A DNA stretch of 64,000 bases from Botryllus schlosseri (taxonomy: Eukaryota). The translations under genes and the position numbers were made by a program. The notes below the pieces were generated by a model that was not told the origin of the DNA, did not search any database, and worked only from the letters and a program-made list of their open reading frames with translations. The stretch covers positions 35,032,001-35,096,000 of the forward strand of contig CM119372.1 of assembly GCA_051294905.1 (NCBI GenBank), in the 5' to 3' direction. Each line of letters starts with the position of its first letter. The stretch's first letter is position 1. This document shows, piece by piece, positions 23,131-36,573 of the stretch.

Positions 23131-24458
23131 TCATCTAAATTTCTTTTGTATTTCATAACTTCAGCAACTAGTTTTCCCGAAAACCTGTGAATCGTGATGC
23201 AATGAATGACACCATATATACATGCACGATCGACTGAATACTACGTTATCCATGCATTTTCCGACTTAAATTCCATCTTTGGCAGAACCATGCCAGGATT
23301 GGAGTTGACTGGTAACGGCGCTTTGTTCCTTAGATACATGTCCTCCAACCACCAATCGTACGACTGACGAGGAAAGGTGATAATTGAGATTGTATGTCCA
23401 AAGGAAGACAGACGAACTCACCCAATTCTCATACTTTGTTGACTTTCTGAGCAGACTTTCCTGTAGAGTCGCGCCAATTCCACTCGGCGTTGCGAATTTG
23501 TCGACTATTCTCTTAGTTTTATCGAATTGCACTTCTGGTACCAGTGGTTTGATACACAACAAATACCTTTCCGAGGTTTCCGCGAGATCCGGCACTGGTA
23601 ACGATGGAAGCTTTGCCTGCAACAGATTTTAGGGGCTGTATTGCATTAGTTTGAATCCGGTATGTTTCCTGAGCATTACTGTTTCATTCATGGGTATTTA
23701 CGGCGTCAGAACTACAACTTTATTACTTGGTAGGAATTTCTACTCAACTAAATTCCACGTGTCAATTGAATTGTTCATTCTACACTCTTGTTAGTACAAA
23801 ACCATAAAAAATCGTTAGTTATAGGGTAAAGATATCTGAAGGGACAGATTCAAGTCATTGGACTGCTTGTCTACTAAAATCTCATCTTAAAACAGCATAA
23901 GTTCCATGTTCTGTTGTTACTTCATCTTCTATCAGTAAACAGAACTACATACACGTGTTTGATACATTATATTGCTATCGGTCACTAAAAGCAAAGTGCA
24001 CAAAATCTGAAGATAAATCCGTCTGCAGCAAACTGCAAATACCAATAACCCCCGAACTTGGTCACATCATTCCGTGAATAATTGAACATAAAATTTATAA
24101 TACCGCATCATTTAGCGAGTTTAGCAATAATATCGTGACGATATTTCTAGTAATACTACAGACAAAAACTGCTACACAAGGCCGATTGAATTGGTAAGTT
24201 ACTGAAAATACTACCAGATAACACAGCTTTAGTATCTAACCAGTTCCGGAAATTGATCCGCTCCAAGTGATTAATCTAGTGAATAATCCGATAAATCTTA
24301 CAGCTGGGAGAACCATTGGGTCTCCTCAGATTATCACTAGGTTACTAATCTATAGATTTTAATTATTATTCCTATTTGCCAACCTGATGTAGCAAGGCTT
24401 TTCGACTATCCTGGTCAAGTTCCAAAATCTGTTTTGTCTTCATTTTCCTCCTCGGCAT
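23131..24458 (-). CDS. ChAT: Choline O-acetyltransferase-like (choline/carnitine acyltransferase family); N-terminal exons only
   Basis: Exons 24458-24384 (MPRRK...LLHQ), 23616-23422 (AKLPSLPVPDL...ENW), 23363-23245 (SYDWWLEDMYLRNKAPLPVNSNPGMVLPK) and 23184-23131 (FSGKLVAEVMKYKRNLD) splice in frame with GT/AG. DMYL and LPVNSNPG favour ChAT over CRAT. Confidence 0.8.
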
Positions 24459-25159
24459 TTTCCAGTTGAATAATATGTAACGAATTAGGCGTGAAATACT
24501 TGAAATGGTACAGACTAGAGCGGTAGAAGCTGCAAAAACATTCAAGCAAAGTTTAGTATATACAGGAACGTACGGGGAGACTGTAGGGGAAACTGTATCT
24601 TACTGAAAGTCGATGGAAATTTAATTAAATGCGGACCAGCGAAACTATTGATTTTTCTTAAACCTCGTCGCTTGGTATCTTGTGCGTCTTAAGATTAAAT
24701 GAAAGGGGATAAGATTGATTTGTCCATGAGGTAATCTTGAATATCCGCAGATCGTCGCAACGTGACGATTCAATACTGTGAAATACTGCTATCGATATGA
24801 CTAGTTTTCTAAATTCTTGAATAGGTGATTACAAATTCGTTGTTTCAAAACGTGACCCAATAATCGAATTGACCTATCCCTGGTATGGAATTGGTGACTG
24901 TAAAAAATCACGTGTGAATCAGTTAATCCACTTATGCTGCTGGTGAGATGTAAATACTGTCCGACAATGTAACCTAATCGATTTTCCTGCTCCATATTTA
25001 TTGTTCTCAAAGAATCCAAGCGAGTTACTATATTTCGGCACATTGGATGGACACAGTTGTCAGTTACAGTTGTCAGTTATCTTGATTGTTAGGTAACTCT
25101 CCCCAAGAAAACCGTGCATGATTGATAGAAATGTGCGACGACTATTACTACGCTATGAC

Positions 25160-25900
25160 GCACCAATACCCATGAACTTTTAGACCATGTAACAAGCCAC
25201 TCCGAGAAGTGTGCCAGAATGATCGGCAGAGAGAAAACCTTGGCCGAAAAGGACTGCCCTTAGGCTGACCGAAAACTTCGATATAAATACACATGTTTAA
25301 TAGTTCATAGGAGCCTAAATGGCAGGCGCCGAAAGTTCCTGTCCAGGCACCTGAACCCCACGAAACAGAGAAAAAATCAATGAAGAAAAACCAATTTGAA
25401 ATCGTGTGCGTCTTTTAGTGTCTAACATTTGGGCGATTTCAATATCTTTTAAAATCGTAGCAGACATGAGGTCACGAAATAACATCATGTAACGAAGTCA
25501 TTATACCAACGGGTCCGCCCGAATATGTTTAATTATATGTTATTTATGGCCCCTGGATTTTCTAAGACTACACGTCACTCAGCTCTACCGTTAGATCTGA
25601 TTATATGAGCAGAGAGAGGGTAAAAATTTCGAAAGCAATATACATGATACAATACCCTCTTATAATGACCGATTCAACCATGAATTATAGAAAATTTTCG
25701 AGCTTTGCGCAATTAGGCGAATTAAGCAAGCTCACTAACCAGTACAACAAATCTTGATGTGAAAAGGTCGAGTCTGACGGAGCGTCTGGAGGTCGAAGCC
25801 CCCCCCCCAGAAAATATGCCTCATCGCCAAATGGGGGGCCCAAGACAAGCGTTTTTTTTTGGGGGGGGTAGGGGGCTGACGAAGTGCTGTTTCGGCCCTG
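25160..25900 (+). mobile_element. MITE family A, 5'-truncated copy
   Basis: Shares the internal gtgccagaatgatcggcag...ctgaccgaaaacttcg blocks and the terminus gaagtgctgtttcggccctg. Confidence 0.75.
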
Positions 25901-26065
25901 TGGAAGACGTCAATGCCCTTATGCAGTCAATATAACATTAAAAGGCACACCTTAAACCCACAGTAACAATCCCCAATTATACAATGAACTTTCTTCCTTG
26001 ATAGAACTGTTAAAAAACTTATTCATTTCCCGTCATGGTACTTCCAATATCATTTAACTTCTTTT

Positions 26066-26930
26066 TTGAAAGATAAAAATTTGCACCCGACTCCAAACAG
26101 CACTATCATTAGTATGGTATGGAATCATGATCCCGTTACCGATCTATATAGCCTTCACATCAAATTGACGAATTATCCTCATATCGAAACTTCTGAACTT
26201 TATATCGCACGAAAATTAGCGAATGAATATTTCATGACCGCCGGGAGGACTCATCCAATTACAAGAATGTCAAAAAATTTCAAGCTCGTGACAAAATTGG
26301 CCTTCAAGGAATTTGAGAATGTGTTGTTAATTAGTCACAGTGTGAGGCGGAGAGTAGCTCCTGTTACACCAGTAGGTTTGGTCAGGTCAGTAGATATAGG
26401 CCAATAACATGGAATTAGAATATCTTCCTCGTGCTACATGACATCATGTGGCGAAACACCCCATTACAATAAAAAAGCGGTTCGGATCTGAAAGCCAATT
26501 TTCGATGAGTCGTAGAAATAGGAATCTACACAATACATTTCTAACTACACTTCTAAGACACTACTATAGATTTACCGGTACAAAAAGTCAGTCGACTTTT
26601 ATCGAAATACACCAGCCAAGGCTGTGTCAACGATAGGAATTCGTGTACCATCTGAAAATAGTACATTGGACGCTCTCTTAACCGAAATTCCATGCTGGTG
26701 ACGTCATATGTTGCGTTGCGATTGTTGATATGCAATGTTCTTTTGAATTCTCTACTAGTTGCTGACGATTACCCCTGACGAGTGTCAGCCGAAAATATTC
26801 GGGTTCATCTTCCAATATGAATATTATATTCAAGTGTATATTGAAGTTCTGTAGAAGAAGCTCTTCACATAGTGAACGGTGCATCAATAGAGTAGCCTAT
26901 TAAAAGAACGATAACAAGACCATCGAAATA
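26066..26930. mobile_element. Degraded intronless convergent ORFs, possibly a Polinton/adintovirus-like relic
   Basis: The + ORFs give NVLLISHSV...GLVRSV...LEYLP...ITIKKRFG...TFLTTLLRH across a frameshift and stops, loosely like a Polinton minor capsid C-terminus. 26770-26870 (-) has a diverged copy at ~45745-45860. Confidence 0.25.
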
Positions 26931-27388
26931 TAATTTTCACACAAAACAAAAACGTTGTGAAGAATATTAATTCCTAATCAACGCTACGTACAAGAAAACG
27001 ACGTTGGGGTACGTGTCTTTTTATCAAAAACCAGCCGTTTAATCATAGCTTAAACCTGCATACCAACGTGTTGGGCCGTCATATGTTCAGAGAGAGAGGT
27101 CATATCGCCTACCTATGCCTGTCATATACGACTACAAATAGAACAATGCAAGTATTACAATATCGATGTAATTGTTCTATTACCCAGTTATAACGGTGTC
27201 AATCTCGATGCAACAAGCAAAAATATTGTGGGTTTATCAATACACTTAGCAGAATGTCGTAGCCACATGCCGCAAGAATTGGATGCTGCGATACGGCCGA
27301 GACGCTACCGAATTTACAAGGTAAATCGAAGGTAAATTTCAATGCGAATTAATACCGATGATTTGTCGTGATGGATCACAATCTAGAT

Positions 27389-28460
27389 TATGGGCGGGCA
27401 TCTGATCCGGCCCGCGGAGCAGTTTTCAGTAGATTGAAAAATGCATGCATAATCGAGCATATTTCTAACAGCAAATGTTGGGATTTTGAGCAAGAAATAT
27501 TCCCATTAAATCAGGGACGGGCAACATACGGCAAGCGGGCTGGAACCGTCTCGCGACGTGATTTTGAGACAGTTTTCGGTCTTAAATGATAACATGGCCA
27601 GCGGTCACAGTCTTCCGCAATTCTTACGTCAAATTATAGTGACTCTTTATTTTTTCGGACACCAATAATAGTTCTTTGTTTTCTTTGTGTGCGACATGCA
27701 GCCAGAGTTCAAAGAACCTATACACAACTTTGATCGACAACAGATGTCTCATTGACGTCAACAGTTATTGAGTTACATTACGTTAATAAAGTCATTGAAT
27801 ACTGCTCAGGTCTCTATGCTTTAGACTTGAAGTTTACAATAAATACGATTTATCCTTGCATATAGTTGGATGAATAAGCATTTAATGTATCGATTCAGGA
27901 ATCCGTCCGCCAAGTGCATCATTCTCCCATATCCGGCCCGCCTAACGAAGAAGTTGCCTGCCTCTGCATTAAATAATCCCTCACGAAAGCAAATGGGGAG
28001 TCTGTTCATAGGTCATAACCATATCAGACATGTGATTTCACTTTAGTTAGCAATAGGCACCCAACTTGACACCCAACTTCGAGAATGCAAAAAAGTGGAT
28101 ACAGAGTTCGCCTCACAGTAGTACACAACTAAAACGAAGGGTGCATAGAAATATGACAACTCATTGCATCGTGAGAGTCTCTGTTTTATCCGATTATAAC
28201 GGTACTCAACCGCCCTGACATCGCATTATTGCCATATTTCCATTAGGTACGAATAACGGTGTAGCTAGAATAGAACCCCCGTGATCCGTAATATATTTTA
28301 TTATACTATCATGTGCATAGGCTTAATAATAAACTATTAAAATGAAAGTCAGGGGCAGGAGTTATGAGGTATTATTTTGGAATCATTCGACTAGTGCGGC
28401 ACACGAGCAATCTGAGAGTTTGAATCAGAACAGCGCTATAAGTCGAGTTTGACACCCCTG
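27389..28460. mobile_element. hAT-type MITE with a second MITE nested at 27512-27966
   Basis: Outer TSD atctagat (27381-27388 / 28461-28468), ending gagtttgacacccctg. The inner element runs cagggacgggcaac...gttgcctgcctctg with TSD cattaaat. Confidence 0.8.
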
Positions 28461-28529
28461 ATCTAGATACTCCCAAAATTCGATGGTTGCCCCTCGACAG
28501 GAATCATTACAATCAAACACGACTGGGGA

Positions 28530-28840
28530 TTAGATTACTCCGATCTTTGTGCTCGCGCCAAGCCCCTATTGCAACCACAGAGAGATCAGATTTATTTTCG
28601 CCTTCGCCATCGGGATGCTTTGACGATGGAGATGCGATACGGCCTTTCAAGTGATATCATCGAGTCTACTTCGCCAATTTTTCTCCTTGACCACCATGCT
28701 ATTCGCGGATGCTGATGGCCTAGCTAGATAGCCGTGGATACCGGTTTTCGAGTCTTTGGTCTGACCCAGCCGGGGATGGAATCCACGAACTACCGATCAA
28801 GACGCCGGTCGCACCACCATTACACTACCTCGCTCGGTCG
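28530..28840 (-). mobile_element. tRNA-derived SINE-like element (second family)
   Basis: The minus strand reads ggtagtgtaatggt (A-box-like), then a degenerate B-box, then gggtcagaccaaagactcgaaaaccggta. Confidence 0.45.
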
Positions 28841-30422
28841 CAACATTTCAGAGGAGATCTAACTGTACCTGTAAGTTTTTGAGCTGCGACATCATGAGTC
28901 CTATATCTCGACTATTGGTCAATGCAATTTGAGACATTTCCTCAAGCTTAGCTTTTTAATAGGGACACATTGCCAATGCCTATCAGATTTTTGGTATTTT
29001 AACTACTTGAATTAAGGGTTTACGGAGTACGTCGTCCTCGCCTGATGTATTTCTCGGAATTGAAGATCATAATGATAAAAACCATTTACTATTCCTCGTC
29101 TCTTCACCGGTAATTCGAACTGGGCGAAATATCAATTACTTCAAGAAGTCGCATCCCAAACGCGCAATATTCATCTATATCATCAATGAAGGTTCGATAT
29201 CCCGTCATGACAGCACGAATGAATATCGATCTCTATCCTCCATTTTAAGGGTTTTTGTCCGATATCTAATTAGGCTGACAACGTTCAGGCACCCTTTACT
29301 TTACTCTCCTGCATTTCATTAAGACGTACAAGTTGATAAGGTGATACAATAGCAACCGGGATGAAAAATGCGAATCGAACCGCGTCGCATCACAAAAATC
29401 GATACGACATTGCCGCAATATTACTTGTGAATTTTCGTGACAGCTCAATTCATTATCTAGCTAGCACAACCATCTTTTGAATAAAAACCGGTAATGTATA
29501 AGTGTCTACGGTTAACTCTACGACAGAAATATACCTCATAGTCTGTGACTGCATTTTTCAACATAAGGACCAGATTTATGATCGAGCTTGTCGTTATCTC
29601 TAAGTTTGCACCGAAGCCCATGCATTTCATTCCATAGGGTTCTGGTAAAAATAATTTCGCCTCTGATTCGAGCCACTTTTAATCGAAGCAATAATGCTGC
29701 TCAGGATTTTTTGATTTTTAAGTTGTTTTACTCACAACAACAACAACAACAACAACATCAGCCACTAAAGAACGTGGTGTGAATGACCATACCAATTAAG
29801 GTGCTGCAACATATCGCATCATCTCAATAGTATGCGGTTCGGAATAGACATGCCCACAGTTGAAAATGTTCAACATTTCTGGTCATAATGGGTCGCTATA
29901 ATAACCATTATTTCGTTCCAATAGCAAAATATCGCGGACACATGTCGACTAAGGCTATTATTTCGATCAAGTCGAATGGTTCGAGTCCAGTATAGTGAAA
30001 AATGATATTTTTAATACTGAAATGATATGCTCCTTTGTCACCAATAGTTTCTTTATCAAGAAGAATTCAACACTATCTTCCTCTGAGGAAAGCTGAATAC
30101 CTACATTGGCCGTATCGCAACATACGAGACACGCAGTAACAAGTTCGGGGAATTGACATATCTTCGATGTCGTGACCGGCCAACAGCTTTGTTAAAAATC
30201 GCATGAAATAGGCAAGGCCGAAGAAATACTAAATTATATATTTTTATGTGGTGTAGAACTATCTTTATATTTGTGCGGTCGCATATTGTAACTATCCACG
30301 TCATATATACTGCTGTGGTGTCACAATAACGTGTGATACCAGAAACTCAACACCTAATACTCGATACCCGAATCACTCTCACGTCGCCTACTCAATCTTG
30401 CTCAGCCCTAGTTATGAGCGGT

Positions 30423-31180
30423 AGGGATGGTGTGACCGTGACGTTCATGTTCGCGTTCTGTGTGTGAACCTCAGAAATTTAGCGGTTCACGGTCACAAAC
30501 GAACCTTGGTAGGTTCTGCACTGTGAACCTTTTTCATATTTTACAATTTTCTCTTTATTATTACATCTTTGGTTGAAATTTATTTCGTTCCAACTGTCGG
30601 CCACTCTATGCATGGTCCTGACAGCTTAAAATACAATCAACACTAAATGAGCATGCACATTAATGACACTCTCAAATGTTTGCTCAAAATATCTAGCTTT
30701 TAGTTTGTGAATATTTGACGACTCTCTGCTGTGACCTTGAACAGCAACCACACAACACCAGGAGCGAAATACGCTACATGTAAGTAGTCACCGAATGATG
30801 CTTATTCAACCAATCAATGAAATAGATATCGTTGTCTGATGTAAAAAATCTAGCAGGCGTTTTACGGGTTCAATCTTGATATCATATGATTATTGTATTA
30901 TAAAAACCAAATCCGTGCTATTGGGGTGCTGGCTACTGCTCTATAACTTGTTAATGGGGTAATATCGGTGGCAAGTACAGAATCCCGTTTTAAACTCTGC
31001 TCAATTTCAACCTAGCAATACTCAAACGCCGAATACATTGTCTGGTCTGGCCTTATAGACCGGGCGTAAGCTTGTATTCCCTTGCAAGTCCTCGTCGAAA
31101 TTGTCGGCAAAGCGTCGGAACACATGGATTTTAAGGGATAATTATATCATTTGATTACCCCAGTTAATACATTTGGCAAC
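30423..31180. mobile_element. Partial copy of the TAGGGATGGTGTGA hAT-type MITE, inverted relative to 54509-55446
   Basis: tagggatggtgtgaccgtgacgttc...gtgaacc terminus, with internal blocks matching the reverse complement of ~54730-55446. Confidence 0.7.
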
Positions 31181-31724
31181 GTTTAAAACGTCAATATGTA
31201 CTTAAGCATTGTGGCATTATGTGACCCGAGTCGTCGCTAGGTATCGTGTACATTAATATAGGCTATCTCTTCACTGATATGCAAGGTTAGAATTTGCGGT
31301 ACTCGACTCAAAGCTGAATACTCGACCCGAATCGAAGCCTCTAAACTCGGAATTGATTCACTCTAGCACTCGAATTCGCGAAGTCCTAATGTTGAGTGAC
31401 GTCGGAATCATCCATAACACTAGCATGTGCATTGGACGTATCGAACATCGTTGGTGATCTCTGAGGTGGTCTCTGGATGCTACAAACGATGTCAGCTTGA
31501 ATTACAATGTACAATGTACATGGTTGGTCCACAATAAATCACCTTCACGTTTATCTCCATAGAACAGCAGCAGAAATCAATACCACGCCAGTGTGGAACA
31601 TCATTGCGGATCATATATATTGGTGGAAATCATGTCATGACCTGCTACAGAACCCATGACTACTCATTGAACCCTTGGGATCTACGTGGACCTCGGTAAA
31701 GTAAGACTAGTTATGGGCGTTTGT

Positions 31725-32117
31725 TAGGGTTACCATACGTCCTCTGTTAAGACGATTTGTCCTCTTTGTTGAATTTTTTGAAAGTGTCCCCGGTGGACGC
31801 CTAAATGTCCTCTTTTTTGATAATTTGTATTCTTTTTCGAAAATTCTGGTTAAATATAGGCTAAAATTCGACTCAGATATGCGAAATTAGTACCGAAGTT
31901 GAGCCGGAAAGTTGACCATATTCTTAGCCAACCAACGAAGAATTCAACAAAACTGTATAAATTCGCAGTCGAGTTGGAAAACTGACCCCCTTTTTTGTCA
32001 ACCTATCATCAAGTCGGGTCAAATTTAACATTTTTTCCGGATTTCACTCCAGTATTATAGGTCTAATAATTTAAAAAAAGTGTCCTCATTTCATATTTTC
32101 AAAATATGGTAACGCTA
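31725..32117. mobile_element. MITE with TAGGGTTACCATA TIRs; related ends at 38157-38458 and ~41990-42073
   Basis: tagggttaccatacgtcc ... atatggtaacgcta. Confidence 0.65.
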
Positions 32118-32345
32118 TGCTTTTGTAATAATCAATTTAAGCTGTTCGGATGATGAGGATGACCCCAGATATATACGCTGCAACACTTATCTGGAGTCTG
32201 TCCCCGTCGGACTACACTTGCAACCCATTTGTGTTGCAGATATATTGCGCCATATTGCAGAAGTAAACGGGCTTTGATATGGCAGCTAGATGTGTGGCTG
32301 GGTATGTAGGTCAATTATACATCTTACGGCACGTTTATACTACAC

Positions 32346-33627
32346 CAGAGCCGGGCAACCTTTTTTGCTATTCACGGCCGCGTTCCAGGGCATAACGGTA
32401 ACTAATTAACTGGACGCAAAGTACCGATGTTAAACTTTCCATGTCCATTTCCGGTGAACTCCGGACTATTCTACTTTTGATATCGCCCTATTATGCGCAC
32501 CAAAGTCGCGAGTGGTTATGTGATGAACACTGAACTGTTACCTAGATTGATCCTGGTCGCGCCGTGCGCGAAAAGTGTTCAGATTCACGAATGGATTCCG
32601 TCATTAATAGTAGCAGTATCACATATTATTATCAGATATTTATCCTTTCTCAACCTATGTGATCAGATTTATCGGTAGAGTTGATCGAAGGAGTGCTTGC
32701 GAAAATTTAGGGCAAATTATAAATGATAGCATTCTCGGGTGGGTCAATTGATATTAATCACTTTGTTGCTGCTGGTATTTCATGATCCCGCTCCATCCAG
32801 GATTGTCGGTTTACTGCAGGGGCCGGCAACCTTTCGTATGCAATGCCAATACATCAAAAAATTGTAAAATATTACCAACTGGCGTGCCAACCATATTTAA
32901 TTTTGCCATATTTAGCGTTTCAAGCAAGGATTAACACCAACCTGCATCTGCATCTGGCATCCGGCATCTGGCATCTGGGATCTGGCCCATCAAATGTGTT
33001 ATGATGAGATGGCCTGATGATAAATATGTGCCAACCCATGCATTATGCAAGCCGTTTTGATGTTACAAATAAGTTGGCCTGACACTGGATTTGTCTGCAA
33101 AAGCCCCAAAGATCGCGGTATAGCGGTAAAGGTTATTGTTATTGTCGTTCAACCGGATATATTGAAATCGCTTCCTTACACGTATTAGACAAAACTAAAA
33201 CAATATATCTTTCGTGAGACGAACACAGTTTTAAATTTGCATTTCGACACGGGACTCAGAATTTTCATCTGTGGGTCTCATAGGGGACGTGCGGCTCAAC
33301 CTGCGGGAGCTGGACTATTCGCGCCGGTTGTTTGGCGTTGGGACAGTGGACAGGACATATCAACGTAGAACGTTTTGGTCAATAAGCGACGGTTATTACA
33401 ATCCCATGATTTATCGCCGCAAATCATTTTGGCCACGGACACGGCGCAAGGAGTGGCACGGAGTCGCGAAGAAAAGTTTAAGAATAATTAGAATGTCTCA
33501 AAAATTCGGGAGTGGAGTCAATTCGGAATTTCAATTTGCATCTCGACGGCCGCCAACACTTACTAATTGAATTACGTGTCAACGGCCGCACAAATCCCCT
33601 TCTACGGCCGCTGGTTGCCCACCCCTG
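32346..33627. mobile_element. hAT-type MITE (CAG(A/G)G..GGCAAC TIRs) with internal insertions; related to 53841-55606
   Basis: cagagccgggcaacctttt ... ggttgcccacccctg. The internal sequence matches the reverse complement of 53841-54110 and 55480-55600. Confidence 0.6.
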
Positions 33628-34813
33628 TACTCAGGGCCGTAACTGCCGCATCCCAAACCCCCCAATTGGGAGGGGCGAGCTCGAAGGGGGCCCAAAAATA
33701 TTTCGTGAATTAGCATAAATTATGGAGTATTTTTCGAAAATGTATGCAACTTTTTCAATTTTTTTTCGCGCTTTGCGCGATTTCGAGTTGCCAAATATCT
33801 TGATTATTGGGTATTCTTCCCCAAAGAAAAATTACGCAAGACTTATAGAAATGGGCACATCGGCGTTGCCATTAGCGCGCTACGACGCACCAAGACATAT
33901 AAAGTTTTAGGCAATGTAACATGAGACTCCAAGAACGATCGGCAGCTAGAAAACCTTGGCCGAAAAGGACTGCACTTATGCTGACCGAAAACTTCGTTAT
34001 ATATACAAAATACATATAGGTTTGATTGTCCATAGGCGCCTAAATGACTGACGCCGAATGTTCCTGTCTTGGCAATCTGAACCTCACAAAAGAAATAACC
34101 TACCATTCCGCAGGGAAAAACTATATGCCAGTGAAGAAATACCAATCTGAAATCGTGTGATCTTTTAGTTTAGTACGTTTGGGCGATTCTATATTTTTTG
34201 ATATAGCAGACAGGAGGTCACGAAATAACATCATGTAACAAAGTCATATTAAAGGATCCGCCCGCCCGAAGATGTTCCTTTAGTATTTACGGGCTCTACA
34301 GTTTCAAAGACACCTCGCTCAGATCTACCGGTAAATCTGATTATGTGAGCAGAGAGGAAAAGAAATTGATAGCAATATATATGCAATTCCCGATCTTAGT
34401 AACCGATGTTATCGTGAATTATCTAAAGTTTTTGCGCATCGCGCCGGCTGCATAAGCAGTACCTCTGTAATTCCGTGGATAGAGCTAACAACTTGATGGG
34501 GGGGGGGGGAGGTCAGTGCATCACCATATGGGAGGTCAAGACTAATTTTTAGGGGGGGGGGTTACGAATTGCTGTTTCGTACACGCCAACGGGTATGCAC
34601 CCGTAGATGTTTGACTATTATTGAGGGGTCTTACGTTTTAAAACACACCTCACTCAGCTCGACCGGTGAATCAGATTACGTGAGCAGAGAGAGAGGATAA
34701 AAATTGATAGCAAGATATATGCAATTCCCGATCATATTGCACGATAGAGTCACGAATAATATAAAAATTATTGCTCTTCACGCGTTTAGTCGAGAGAAGC
34801 TGACTCCCTAAAC

Positions 34814-35791
34814 CAGTGGTTCCCAACCGGGAGAGAATTCCCCCCTTGGGGGGAATTTTGAAATTTCAAGTGGGTAATCTGGCTTTGGCGTTGTATCGGA
34901 AGATACACTGGGTTCACAATTCGTGGTGAGATAGCGCAGTGGTATAATCTACAGCTGCAACACCAATGTATTGTGGGTTCGAATCCGACTCCAGAATTCC
35001 TACATAAGTGTTGGGGGTTTACCTAGGCTCCTCCTTGCCATCTCGTCCGTGTACGCGGTGTCTTAGAAAAGCCTAGCAGTGGGCCGTAGTATAAGTCGGC
35101 AGCTACGGAATAAAAAAATTGAAGGAAATTGGCCTTGTGTAAATGACCATAGTTGTCAACACACACCTTGAACACTTCAAAATAAAAACAAACTGGGTTC
35201 ACAAGGTTTTTAGATTTTTGTGGTATAACTGTTAAGTAGAAACTAGTTCTTTACAATTGTATGCTTCTTTGGCGGATTTTAAGCTGAGTGTATGCTCAAA
35301 TGCAGTCCGTAGATATTATTCCCCCTGATAAAATTAGGCTCGCGGACGTTTTCGTTGGGCCCGCGACTGCCTCGTGACCAAATTGGTACTAAGCAGGAAA
35401 AAGTCCATCCAAATTCAGCACAAGGCCGCTGGTGAAATTCTTTATATTTTTAATCCAACATATGAGCTAACGCGAAAAACTTATCAGACATAAAACATAT
35501 CAAATTCATCGATTCGACTCAAGGCCATAGCAAGCGGGCTTAGTGATTCATTTTTCGTCATCGACTACCCGACCGGTAAGAAACAGGTCAAATTTAGGTG
35601 TACTTTACCAAAGTGTAGTGCGGTCCGCATTCGACTGTTCGGACATATCTGAATATGCTTGGCCAGTAATTACTCAGTCAACAAATGGTTGTGCGTTAAA
35701 AAGCACCTTTTTTAGTCAAAGGTAAATTTTTCATAGAGGGGAATTTTAGCTCAAATATCGGCCACGAGACGAAAAAGGTTGGGAACCACTG
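34814..35791. mobile_element. hAT (Charlie-like) MITE with CAGTGGTTCCCAACC TIRs
   Basis: TIRs cagtggttcccaacc / ggttgggaaccactg. Perfect 8-bp TSD ccctaaac (34806-34813 / 35792-35799). Confidence 0.9.
34920..35191 (+). mobile_element. tRNA-derived SINE
   Basis: A-box tagcgcagtgg, B-box ggttcgaatcc and an A-rich tail. 13-bp TSD actgggttcacaa (34907-34919 / 35192-35204). Confidence 0.85.
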
Positions 35792-36573
35792 CCCTAAACG
35801 GACACCGTATGTAGATGATAAGTAGCGGTAAACAGCGTATAGCCGAAGGGGGGTCTGGGGCGCGAAGCCCTATCACCGTATGGGGGGGGGGCAAGACGAA
35901 CGTTTGGGGGGGGGCTGACGAAGTGCTGGTACGGCCCTGACTGAGCAGCATATATTAACGATATAATTCTCTGCACAGCATATATATATATATAGGTCTA
36001 GCTCTGTCTGTGTTCAGACTTAGAGCACCATCACCGAGCACCACTTAGACCACCATGCTTTCAATTTAGTAAAAAATTATTACCGTGATTTATATGGAGA
36101 ATTATCTACTTTTTAGTATGGGTACCCGCAGCAACCGTAGAGAAAATAAGCATCATTTCAGTTCCGGCCATTACCTCTCAACGACACACCAAGACTATAG
36201 TAGGCCTAGGCTACAGTTTCGGATAATATGCGAAATCGCGCAGTGTGTTACCAAATAAAATCTGGCCGAAAATCTCATCCGCTTGTTGGCCGAAACCATC
36301 AGTGTGTAGTATACATATAGCCCATTGCCAATTGTGCAGAGGCGCGGAATGGTCTTGCGCTAGCTATATCTGAAGCCACTACCTACCTCAGCTCTACCAT
36401 CGTAAATCTGATCAGCTGGACTGGCAGAAGATTAAGAATTATAAGCAATATATGCAATTACCAATGTTATATATATAATTCAATACTATGCAAAAAATTC
36501 AAGCTTGGTGCGACTACGCAACGCAGGCATTATTATGAGTGAAATAACAGTGACACGTGCTTTTCTGTTAGTG

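Larger units (their letters stand above)
33632..35939 (+). mobile_element. MITE family A with a duplicated 3' portion, carrying a nested hAT MITE and a SINE
   Basis: Starts cagggccgtaactgccgc and ends gtgctggtacggccctg. The 3' block is repeated from ~34585. Confidence 0.75.

Noticed and set aside
29734..29761. Poly-Q coding exon
   Set aside because: It is a short (CAA)n microsatellite in a TTG-start ORF with no splice or homology support.
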